From positions 88,914,379 through 88,978,378 of the forward strand of contig NC_068984.1 in the NCBI RefSeq assembly GCF_001194135.2: a DNA stretch of 64,000 nt. Direction: 5' to 3'. Positions within the stretch are counted from its first letter, which is position 1, and each line of letters begins with the position of its first letter. Origin of the DNA: Octopus bimaculoides. Lineage: Eukaryota. Below are positions 53,098-64,000 of this stretch, in pieces. The notes under the pieces are model-generated. The model had not been told where the DNA came from, ran no database searches, and saw only the letters and a list, made by a program, of their open reading frames with translations. Made by a program: the position numbers and the translations under genes.

Positions 53098-53336
53098 GGT
53101 GGTACTGCTGCTTCTGCCGCTGCTTATGTTGTTGCTGTTGTCTGACCCTCGTATCGGTGCTTATTGAGAGACTAGATCTGTAATGAAAAAAAAGTATCCA
53201 GACCATGATCAACCATTCCTCTCTTTTCCCAGGAATTGCATATCTGCTACTGCATTTAACTAACGTGTCCTTCCTTTCTAAAGACGGTAGAGTATGGAAT
53301 GAGGGTAACTTTGCTGCTGTATCTAATCGTATAGAG

Positions 53337-53667
53337 CAGTGTTTCTCAACAATTTTTTCACCTGTGGATCCCTTTGATTAATATTTTATTCTGGTGGACC
53401 CCCCTATAGCCATTTGGCATTTGAAATGTAGTTTTACTGATGTTTCTTTGAAAATTCCCATTTTGTTTATCACACATTCACTTCTGTAGGTTGAACTATG
53501 TAAATCGTTTAAGAAAGAAACCTGGCAAAATTATTTTATGGACCCTCAGAATAATACTGGGAACCAAAGTTTCTATTTTGCTTGCGTGGATCCCCAAAAG
53601 TCTTATATGAACCTTCAGGGTCATATGGACCTTCAGGGGTCATATGGACTCCAGTTGAGAATCACTG
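53337..53667. mobile_element. Complete Buster-type hAT MITE (331 bp)
   Basis: TIRs CAGTGTTTCTCAAC / GTTGAGAATCACTG; 8-bp flanks GTATAGAG / GCATTGAG (6/8; the left flank fits the NNNTANNN Buster target). Confidence 0.9.
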
Positions 53668-54208
53668 GCATTGAGGCTTCCACGTTTCCTCATGTAGGAG
53701 AAACTGGGGCGCGGTGAGTTGGTGGCATTTATGTTTGGCGATGACCATAATAAATGTGAACATTATAAAGTGATAGGAGTAGTAATGATAGTAGCGCTAC
53801 TTTTGCGATCATGTTGGTGATGATGTTAGCTGTAGTAGTGATAGTAGTGATGTTAATAGTAGTTGGATGTTTGGTAGTAGTGAGGACGAATGTACTGTCG
53901 ACAGCGATTATTTTTTTTCTTGGTTTAGTCATCATCTAATCTTGCTAAATTCCTATGCTTTTGTGGTTGTTATTGTTGTTGCTGTTGCTGTTACTGCTGC
54001 CACAATGCTTATCACTTCGTACTCTGGAGACTTTTTGTTCAGTTCAGCGCATGACACCAATGAAAGACTAATCAATTATAAAGTTTAAATACACTCACCA
54101 ATACAATCCCATATTTTAAACATCAAAAATCAGTTGCGGGATCGTCACTAATTATTCACAAGAATCAGAATTATATCAGAAAGTAATTTCAGCCTTACAA
54201 TAGACGCC

Positions 54209-54245
<37 letters not shown>

Positions 54246-54439
54246 TCACACACACACGCACGTGCGCATGCATGCACGCACCACACAAACACAATTTTAT
54301 TTATGTATATTTAATACTGTTTCTGCTATTCTGCTATTCTGCTATTCTGTCATGAATATTGTTTTATATATTTTAGAAAAATGTCATCAAATAATGAGAG
54401 CGTATTCGTTGCCTTGAAAATGATACATTATAAGAGTAA

Positions 54440-54950
54440 TATTATTATCTGGGCCACTCGGATAGTCTGAGTGGCTTGTAGTATGAATAGAAGGATAGTA
54501 GCCCACCTATCTCGAATCCCTTAGCCGTAACAGTCAACCAAGTGAAAGTTGTACTGAGGAGGTGGGAAATCTGAAAGAGGGACAGAGTGGCGAGGCTACG
54601 AGACGTATATAAAACAACCCAACAGACCTCGGTTGTTAACCTGAGGAATTTCAACCATGTTTCGTGGTTTGCTACGACAACAGCTCCTTTATAGGATCCA
54701 GTTAGCTCAAGACATCATCAGGAGGAACCACGTCCGGTTTCGGCCCCTACACCTCTACCGTTTTGACGTGGCGTGGCCCCTCCTTTCGGAGGTGTCTTCA
54801 GCTCTGGTGTTGAGTGCATGTCTTCTTTCTTCTGTTCCCTGGCCTCTTCGATGCAGCGTCAACGAGTGTCAGCGGCCGACTGACTGTCTTGTCAAATTTC
54901 TTGTCAAATGCTAAACGGACATTTGAATCACTCTGTATGTGTTGATTTGA
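54440..54950 (-). mobile_element. GC-richer retroelement-like terminal segment (Penelope-like terminal repeat or LINE 3' end; family unresolved)
   Basis: Compositionally distinct block, short AADTR*RCIEEARE frame, CTGANGA and GAAA motifs, ends in an ATAATAAT-like tail. Confidence 0.3.
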
Positions 54951-56586
54951 GAATGGAGATCAATTTGTTGAGAAATATCAATTTTACATATTGTCTGTTT
55001 TGTTAACAAAATCAATTCTGTATGACTCATTTTGCTTTTCCTTTATTTTAGGTTTCAAATGTTGTAGTTATTTTATGAAGAATCTGTATTATGATTCTAC
55101 CATCGGCTGTAGTGTAATGAAATTTTCCACTGTAAGTATTTTAACCTGAGTGAAGGATTTGTATTGCTATAGTTTTCAGACTTCATCCAGCCATTTCTCA
55201 CTACACACGTTATTATTAGAAACTGGGAACAAGTTGTTGAATATAATATAATAGTGATGCGTTGATGTTGATGTTACTTTGGTTTAGTCAAATTCAATTA
55301 CACTGAGGAATAGAAGCAATTCTTCTAATGGTTGCAGGTACTTTGAAGTTTGAGAACTGCGTTAAATTGACGTGGTAAAATCTTTTACAAATTAGTTACA
55401 ATAATGTATTTGTAAGTGGAGTACTATTTTAAAATGTTTCGAACAAAGATCTCAAAAGAAAGGCTTTTCAGAGAAAGATTTTGTTACAAGCGTTAAATAT
55501 TTCCTTTCCTTATTAAAGTACCTCATCTTTTGTCGTTACCTTATTCAATTTTGCCGATCCAGATCATCTCTAGTCTCTTCAAATTTCAGTAATTGTATAC
55601 GAGCTTGATGAATTTTAGTACACGTACGGACGAGAAACAGTTGTTGTTGTTCTCATCATCATCATCCTCATCCTTATCATCCTCCTCATTATCATCATCG
55701 TCGTCGTCGTTGTCATCATCATCATCATCATATAAACGCAATAGTCTGGGGTATTATATATGCGCCTCTCACATGTCCAAATAGTCTTCAGTAAAATTTG
55801 AAGTAGTTTGGGTCCGCTGATTTTAACAAATCAAGTGATCACCATGAGGCTCATTCATTGAGTCGCGTTACTTCAGCGCTGATTGAGCAGACCTAACATA
55901 AAATACATTCTTGCAGGGATCCTTATGTTTTTTCTATGTCTTTCCTTTCATACCAAGGCCATGCTGGAACACTGCCTAAATACTATATTATCCAATGTGT
56001 TCTTTCCAATGTGTTCATACACAATAGGATATGATTTGAGGGAAACTAGCTGCAATTATAAGTATGTCGGGCGACCTTGTAGAAGCTTCCCTTAGACAAA
56101 TGTTTCTATAGTATACTATATTTAAACATTTCTTATAATGTTACGCCGTAGTATAGCGATGGGTGTGGTCTCAGCGTAGAATATAGTTATGGGTGTGGTA
56201 TCAACATAAGGTGGAGTGATGGGTGTGGTCCATGCTGTCTTTATGTCTCAATATGTTCATTGAAACTCTATGATTTGTTCTCTTGGTAAGAACTGAGTGC
56301 TTCCATCTGGCACAGCGTGTTGGTAGGAGACATTGCCACACAACTGTAAAATAAGTCCCGATCGATGAGACGTTGTTGTTGTTGTTGTCGCTGCTGCTGC
56401 TATTACCACTGTAACCATTGTTAGTTTTGTTGCTGTTATTGCTACTGCAGTCGAAGTTTTGTTTGTTATAGCTGCTAATGCTATTATGAATTTTTGTTGT
56501 CCTTGTTTTTGTTATTATTGTCATCAACGTCATCGTCGTTGTAGTTGTTGCTGTTGTGCTCACAGCAGCGACGACAGCGGCATTAG

Positions 56587-56624
<38 letters not shown>

Positions 56625-57396
56625 GGTGGGGGAGGAGGTGAAATAGTGGTAATAGCCCGGAGTTGTTGTTATCATTGCTGTTAAGAGCCGTGAAGGTAGT
56701 CTGCTCAAGTTATCAGGTTGAAGGCGATAGGCAGGTGTTAGGTGAAAGCATTTGGTTTGAACACCTGTCAGCTGTGGTTAGACAAACTGTTTGAAGGGGA
56801 TCAGGTCGCTATATTGTTTGCCGCCGTCTAACTTTTCAAGCAAGCTACGGCAGTTTGAATTATATACTATGTTGAAATAAATCAATAGATAAATAAAAAA
56901 GACATATAAACTTTGACGAAATACAAAGGCGAGAAAGAGAGATGAGACAAATTGTGTAAATAACTAACTAAATAAACATATATAGAAAATAGAGAAACAA
57001 GATAATAAATAAATAAATAAGAACTTATAAAAGAAAAGAATGAATGCAACTTAGGGGTGGAAAAAATATAGTGAGAGACGGGAGAGGAGGAAAGTGTAAC
57101 AAAATCAGACAAATACGGAGAAACTAAATAAACATTATATCATCGTAACAAACTTAACAGCGATAACACTGTAGATGTAAGCTTTCAGTAAGCAACGCCT
57201 CTGACTCGGTTTCGAATTCCAGTTGAAGCCAGATCACTTCATTTACATTCAGGGAATCAATGATTGATATACAATTTCATTCACAGCAAATGTGGGACTT
57301 TGTGGATAGACATACGCACATGCTAACTCACACAAATATCTGTGTGTGCGTGCATATATGTGTATGTATGTATGTATGTATGTATTTATGCATGTA

Positions 57397-57459
<63 letters not shown>

Positions 57460-57469
57460 TTTACTAGTT

Positions 57470-57830
57470 TCAATCATTAAACTGCGGCCATGCAGTATTT
57501 AATTTTTTGCTAAGCCTGGCACTTATTCTATCGGCCTCTTTTGCTGAACCACACTTAAAGCTCCACGAGGCTCCGGCAGGAGGTGGTGGCGAACCCTGCT
57601 GTATTCTTTCACCACAACTTTCTCTCACTCTTTCTTCCTGTTTCTGTTTTACCTGTATTTCAAGTGGGTTAGCCTTGTCACACTCTGTGTCACGCTGAAT
57701 CTTCCCGAGAAAAACGTTATCGATACATGTGTCTGTGGAGTGCTCAGCCACTTGCACGTTAATTTTACGAATAGGCTGTTCCGTTGATTGGATCAACTGG
57801 AACCCTCGTCGTCGTAACCGATGGAGTGCT
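57470..57830. mobile_element. SINE D tail fragment (minus, 57470-57545) joined to a headless SINE B (plus, 57548-57830)
   Basis: 57548-57830 is the reverse-complement match of 4630-4910 (AAAGCTCCACGAGGCTCCGGCAG..GGATCAACTGGAACCCTCGTCGTC). Confidence 0.85.
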
Positions 57831-58164
57831 GTAGTAATTGAAATGTGACATAATGCTTTAATGATAGTATTAAAGTATAGTGCATGTTAATTTCAAATTA
57901 CGACAAACGTGTCAAAGCATCGTGACATGTAATCACGGGGATGTGAGTTCGGGTCCACAGCTAGCCACCTACACTTTTCTCTGCAAAATAGGGATAGTTT
58001 ATCCTGTTCAGTCTATATTATTAGCATTATTCTGCGATTGAGAATTTAAAAATCACTTCTTTAACTTTCTATAGTGCATGTTGTTGCTTAGCTCTCTGGG
58101 AACCGTGTTCAAAGTATTAAAACCGTGACTACCCTGTTTTCTTCCAATACTCAGGGAATCCGAG

Positions 58165-58290
58165 ACTATATTATCAAACGTGAAACCGAATCGCTAATTA
58201 TAGCCACACAGAAACATGCTATTAGGACGAATTTAATAAAGACAAAGATGCCTTTGTCACAACATACAAAGTGCTACCTATGCCACCCAA
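58165..58290 (+). mobile_element. Short R4/Dong-type fragment (third subfamily)
   Basis: KRETESLIIATQKHAIRTNLIKTK..KCYLC matches the R4-clade ETExxIxAAQEQAIRTNxIK..CRxC motif. Confidence 0.7.
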
Positions 58291-58849
58291 ACTGCTAGCT
58301 CTCCCAATCTGTCAAAGATCTACTCTACTCTCAATTTTAGATTTCTCAATCACTATTTCCTTACTAAACATTATCGATTCTAATCTCATAGACATTTTCA
58401 GTTGTTGACGATCGTTCCTGTCAATTCCCTCTTCATTAGTTTTCTAGCCCACTCAGTATACTTGGCGCGTCGGAAGCGATGCATTCAGTTCCCAGTAATC
58501 GGATTCCAGTCTGTATAGCATATCAAGCTTGATCGCTCAATTTGCAAGTTAGTGCTCTTTGTAGCCGAACCATCGCATGCACAAACCCTCTCCCATCAAA
58601 ATTGCTGACATTGTGCCTACATTATATACAATTATTATCATGATGTTGTTGCTGTTCCCATTTAGTACGAGGTCAGTCTTGATCAAGCAAACCTGTGATG
58701 ATGACGATCTCAGTTTTTCATACGTACAGGACAGCACCATACTGCCCAACGTTTCTTCTTTAAAGACAATGGCAGGAATGCGAGTGATCATAGTTCTGTT
58801 CAAACAAAGCTAAACAACAATACAATGACAAAAACATTTGAACCTAGGC

Positions 58850-59400
58850 AGTCTTGGGTTTAGACTTAGTCGGTGCCCTGATAAAAAATTATGCCAGATT
58901 TCAAAAACATTGAAAATGTAAATGCGTTCTGATTATTTGAGGCTCTGGTTGATTGTGAGGCCCTAATCTGTAGACTATGCCTAAATTCAGCACTGCACCT
59001 CGGACATTGATGCTGTTCTCCGAGTACCAAACAGATCGCTCTCACTTATGCGAAATAATATTGTTTCCACCTGTACTGCAATCATTAAACAAAGCACAAA
59101 ACTTGCTGCCAAACACTAGGAAATGGAATTCAGTGATTTATCAACCTTGGTTTCACTGATGTCATCTACTTTCAGTTACCCTAATATTTTCTGTAGATAT
59201 CTCAGCTTTTCCAGATAATCAACATTATCAGTGCCATTCACCTGAAGCGGCTTATATTTCGAAACATAACTAAATAAGTAAATATATTTTATAAAATCCA
59301 GACAAATACATTGTGACATTCAGGAGAGCTTCCATTCACTGCAATGTTTATGGTAAACATCCAATAACAACTTCAGAAAATACTTCAGGAGGAACAGGAG
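58850..59400 (-). mobile_element. Possible highly decayed LINE RT remnant
   Basis: Minus frame LKLLLDVYHKHCSEWKL..QVNGTDNVDYL loosely resembles the post-YADD RT region; many stops. Confidence 0.3.
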
Positions 59401-59836
59401 AAAAGCAAAAGCACAGGGGATGACGACGGCAAAATAACAACAACAACAATAGTAATAACAACCAGAACAGGGTTATCATGTTGCATACTGTTCCCACGCT
59501 TAAAAAACGAACTTAACTTGTTCATTGAAGAAAAATCTCTCCCCGAGCTAAACGGTGTTGAAGAAACGTTTTTGGAATGAAGAGAAAGATGAGAGAAACT
59601 AAATAACAGAAAAGTAAACTATTTCTATGAGGTTAGAAATGATTCGGTTGTTTTCTTTATTTCTCTCCCCCTCCCCTTCTTTCTCTTTTAACTATATTCA
59701 CGCAACCAGTTTACAAAACAAGAAGAAAAAAAGGCAAATTTAAAGATGTATAAATAAACAATAACAACAACAATAATAAAGATTATAATTTGATGGTGAT
59801 GGTGAAAGAAGCAATAATAATAATAATAATAATAAT

Positions 59837-59871
<35 letters not shown>

Positions 59872-60572
59872 TAATAATCCTTTCTAATAATAATAATAAC
59901 CACTATAAGAGGTCTTTACCGAAAACTTATTTTGCTATATAATTTGTTATTATAAGAAGTTCTGGAGAGGTTTATCAGAAACATGTGTGCTATATCATCT
60001 GTTTTGAATATTGAAGCTAAAACAAAATTTCTAGAATGTTCTCCACCACCACCACCACAACCACAGCAACAACTCACACACCCACCACTTCCACCCTTTG
60101 GGGTTATTTTTTACCATATTTCTTTTTCTTTTTCCCCTTTTTCATGCTTTCAGTCGTACATTTTATACTTTACAACTTATACGATCTGTCTAGCAGATAC
60201 TAAAGAACAGTAATCATCAACGTATCTCTCACCATACATAAATAAATACAAACATGTATGCACAGAGAAAAGACAAACAAACAAACCCTAAAGGGTTCCC
60301 CAGTCTCTGGGGTGGTAAACTCACTGATTCTTTAAGTTGTCTCGTAAGATCAATTTATTCGCGCGGGAGGTATAACCCGCGCGTCTCCAAACTCAAAATC
60401 TCATTCACACCCCGAGTGTCATTTGGCAGCTTAATGGATGTAAAATATGCTGCGATCTTTTGCGTAATTCACCTGCGTGCAGATTATGTATGTATTTGTA
60501 TATCTGTATATGTATGTTTGTATGTATGTATGTATGTATGTATGTATGTATGTATGTATGGTGTGTGTGTGT

Positions 60573-60623
<51 letters not shown>

Positions 60624-60634
60624 GATAAATAGTT

Positions 60635-60810
60635 CTGTTTTAGGCACTAGGCCAGAAATTTTGAGGAGGGACATAGTTCATTGGCACCTATTTTATCGAC
60701 CGCGGTGATGTGAACTGCAAATTAATCTTGGTGGGAGTTGAACTCAGAAGGTAAAGAACGAGCAGAAATACTGCAAGGCATTTGCTTCAACGTTCTGGCG
60801 ATTTTGCCGG
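60635..60810 (-). mobile_element. Degenerate SINE family C
   Basis: GGCACTAGGCCAGAAATTTTGAGGAGGG..TTTTATCGACC..GTTGAACTCAGAAGGTAAAG. Confidence 0.7.
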
Positions 60811-60819
60811 CACTTCAAT

Positions 60820-61480
60820 GTATTTACTCAAAAGCAGGGATAAACAAGCACGTCATTTTTCTGTATAGTCTCCTTCCTTTTCAATGCACTTGGTCTAGCG
60901 GTCCACAAGCTTGCGTATTTCCTCCAAGAAGAAGGTTTTCGATTGGTCGTGCAACCATTTATGCACTGTTTTCTTCACATCTTCATCTATAGGAAATCGA
61001 CAACCTCGTAAACCATCTTTGAGTGGTGCAAAGATATGATAGTCGGAAGGGACGCGATCTTGGCTGTAGGCAGGGTGTTCCAGCATCTCAAAACCTACTT
61101 AGTTAATGGTTTCAATAGTCTGGGCGGCGTGTGTGGGCGTGCATTGTCATGCAAAATTTTTTTCGACAATAAGGCTTCGGCGTTTGGTGCGAATTGCTGG
61201 CTTCAGTTTGTTGGCCAGCAAAGCATTGTATCATGCACTGCTGGTTGTACATCCCTTTTCCAGATAGTCTTCCAATATAGGCCCTTTTGAGACCCCCCCC
61301 CCAAAGGATTAGCACCACCTTTCTCGCGGAAGACTGAGTATTGAATTTCTTCGTCGCTGGCGAGCTACGATGTTTCCACTCCATACTCTGTCTTTTGAAT
61401 CCTGCCTTAGAATGATAGACCCTCGTTTCCTCTCCTGTGACTGTTCTGCTCAAAAATTCTACGCCCTCGTTGTAGCGATC
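60820..61480 (-). mobile_element. mariner transposase catalytic-domain remnant
   Basis: VTGEETRVYH..RQSMEWKH..SARKVVL, MLEHPAYSQDRVPSDYHIFAPLK..KLVDR*TKCIEKEGDYTEK*. Confidence 0.92.
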
Positions 61481-62134
61481 AATGTCTTACGTTTAAGATG
61501 ATTCCCATGCTTTCCCTGATGAGAAGGTTACAATTTTAATATCAAAGATCCCTGTGGATCACACAGGTTGTAATCCTTTGAAACATATGTAGGAATAAAG
61601 TATGCAATTATAACATGCGTTTTCTCCAATCCTTAAATTCTTAAATATATATATATATATAAGCAATGTTAATTCTCTAAATGAAGTATTAACAGTAACN
61701 NNNNNNNNNNNNNNNNNNNNNNNNNNNNNNNNNNNNNNNNNNNNNNNNNNNNNNNNNNNNNNNNNNNNNNNNNNNNNNNNNNNNNNNNNNNNNNNNNNNN
61801 NNNNNNNNNNNNNNNNNNNNNNNNNNNNNNNNNNNNNNNNNNNNNNNNNNNNNNNNNNNNNNNNNNNNNNNNNNNNNNNNNNNNNNNNNNNNNNNNNNNN
61901 NNNNNNNNNNNNNNNNNNNNNNNNNNNNNNNNNNNNNNNNNNNNNNNNNNNNNNNNNNNNNNNNNNNNNNNNNNNNNNNNNNNNNNNNNNNNNNNNNNNN
62001 NNNNNNNNNNNNNNNNNNNNNNNNNNNNNNNNNNNNNNNNNNNNNNNNNNNNNNNNNNNNNNNNNNNNNNNNNNNNNNNNNNNNNNNNNNNNNNNNNNNN
62101 NNNNNNNNNNNNNNNNNNNNNNNNNNNNNNNNNN

Positions 62135-62170
<36 letters not shown>

Positions 62171-63708
62171 GTTCGTACTTATATACATACATATACAAAT
62201 ATGTATGTGTTTGTGTTTGTACGTATGAGAGAGAAAGAAGGGGAGTGAGTCAGAGGGAAAAGGAAGAGAAAGGGGGAGACACCGACGATTTAAAACGAAA
62301 ATTTACTCAGTTGACGATCACTCCAACAAATCTTAATGCGGAAAATCTGAAAATAAAAACACAAATGCGTTTGTTCTAGTGCATTCACCCAGAGAGGGAA
62401 TACTTGAGAATATCTGGCAACGAGCAATTATTAGTTTGTAGGATATCAACTGGGCCGAGTATCAACGTCTATCATTTACATGCATGTTTAAAAGTGTGCT
62501 CAAGTTTGTTTCTCAACGTATTTGCCAAAATAGTCTGTTTTATTGTATCCGTTATCATGAAATTTAGATTACATTTGACTAATAGCGTCTTACGCTATTA
62601 TAATATTTATATCTTAATGCTTCTTCGCTTTAATTTACTCTGTTTATGTAAATTTCGCACGTAGGAAAAATGTAGGCAGGGAAACCATTCTAGAAAACAA
62701 AGTTTGGTAAAGTAGTTTGGTGTGAGACAAAGCAACAATAACGGGAGCAGGAAAAGTATGTGCTTCTCGTAGTACACAGATTGCTACTTCAGAAAAGTAA
62801 AAGAAATTAGTAGCAGTAGAAGAGGTAGACAGAGAATACAATACATCAGTGTTAATAGCTGTAACGTGTTAGAGATTGATGGTTTGTTCTTCAATGAGAT
62901 GCCTATTTTCTAAAATGCTTGTGGGAAGGTTTTAGTAGCGTGTTTTTAAGAGTAAAAACAATATAGCCTTATCGATGGGTATAATGATTGCGTATATGTG
63001 GTGTTGAATGGTACTGGAAGGGGCCTACCTTCATTGGAGAATTTTTCAATGCCTCAGGTCATGAAAGGGATGTATGTTTAGCATAAGATATGCATATTTT
63101 GCGTGGCTGACGCTTGTAAAGGAAAAGTAATCGAAGAGTTATGTAACGTGCAGAAGAGTATATGTGAATGGAAATGATCACGAGGAGGTGGTTTGTATAA
63201 GGACGAGTTGGAAGAACATGAGTGGGTCACGAGACACAGCAGAGTTGATAATACAGAGTCGGTTAGAGAGTGCTTTGCTGTAAACGCTGTAATAAAATAG
63301 TCTTACAGAAAATGTCAGTTTTAAGAGCTGAACGATAAGTGGAACCCATTAAACGAGCAATATTTACTGGACGTCCTCGCACCTAAACCAATGGAAAGTT
63401 TTACTTATGGTAAGAATATTAACTTTGCCTTCTTTGAAGCTTTCAAGAGCGGCTATCTACTAATATATTACATGTAAAGCAGATCTCTAGTAGACCGGGT
63501 TGCTCGAAAAACATACTTCATCACCTTTGATATATTGCATGCAAGGGTGACAGGCCTGTAGTTGGCAGTATCGGAGAGATATTCATTTCCCTATATCTTT
63601 GAATGTTTTTCAGATTCGAGCTCACTATTGCTATAAAAGAACACACAGCGCTAAGAATCTAAACTTCACTGCACAGACATCTAATTGCATGCATACGTAT
63701 GGCAATGA

Positions 63709-63766
<58 letters not shown>

Positions 63767-64000
63767 CAGACAGACAGACAGACGGAAAGAAGAGTTCTCC
63801 CACTCTCAAACATCTTTTGTTTCTTGACTGACATATGGGTGAGAATATACTCCAATTTGAAAAGCATTCCATAATACGGGAGAAAATACTAAGTCAGTTT
63901 TTAAATACATTTCAAAAGAAATTCTTCTCATGTATAAGCTGAATGAACAGGTAAAAATAAGATTTTACTTTGAAATGCAATCTATTCAGTGCATTTATCA

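Noticed and set aside
58470-58580. Minus-strand tRNA-Cys-like trace (ACTTGCAAA loop)
   Set aside because: Cloverleaf cannot be completed; no B box.

Overview
AT-rich eukaryotic non-coding DNA made almost entirely of decayed transposable elements, SINEs and microsatellites, with 11 N-gaps, most of them abutting simple repeats. The SINE set and the extreme (TA)n/(GT)n/(TATG)n load suggest a coleoid cephalopod, probably Octopus (inference). I found no intact protein-coding gene, no functional RNA gene and nothing prokaryotic; most ORFs in the supplied track are microsatellite read-throughs or TE remnants. DNA transposons recognised: a Chapaev3-type (CMC) transposase remnant, a decayed hAT transposase split by a MULE-like foldback insert, a Buster-type hAT 5' end, hAT MITEs, three mariner remnants plus a mariner MITE, and a Tc1 5' fragment. 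Retroelements recognised: five R4/Dong-type (RLE) LINE fragments, a scrambled Tx1/L1 LINE, RTE remnants and several tRNA-derived SINE families. The most interesting structures are (1) a 1.2-kb foldback element flanked by a 9-bp duplication whose inverted arms are tandem copies of a SINE 3' module, and (2) R4/Dong LINEs that sit next to (CATA)n/(TAA)n arrays and also carry such an array in their 3'UTR. I see no evidence for a novel multi-gene system. All family assignments come from manual translation and motif recognition, not database searches.
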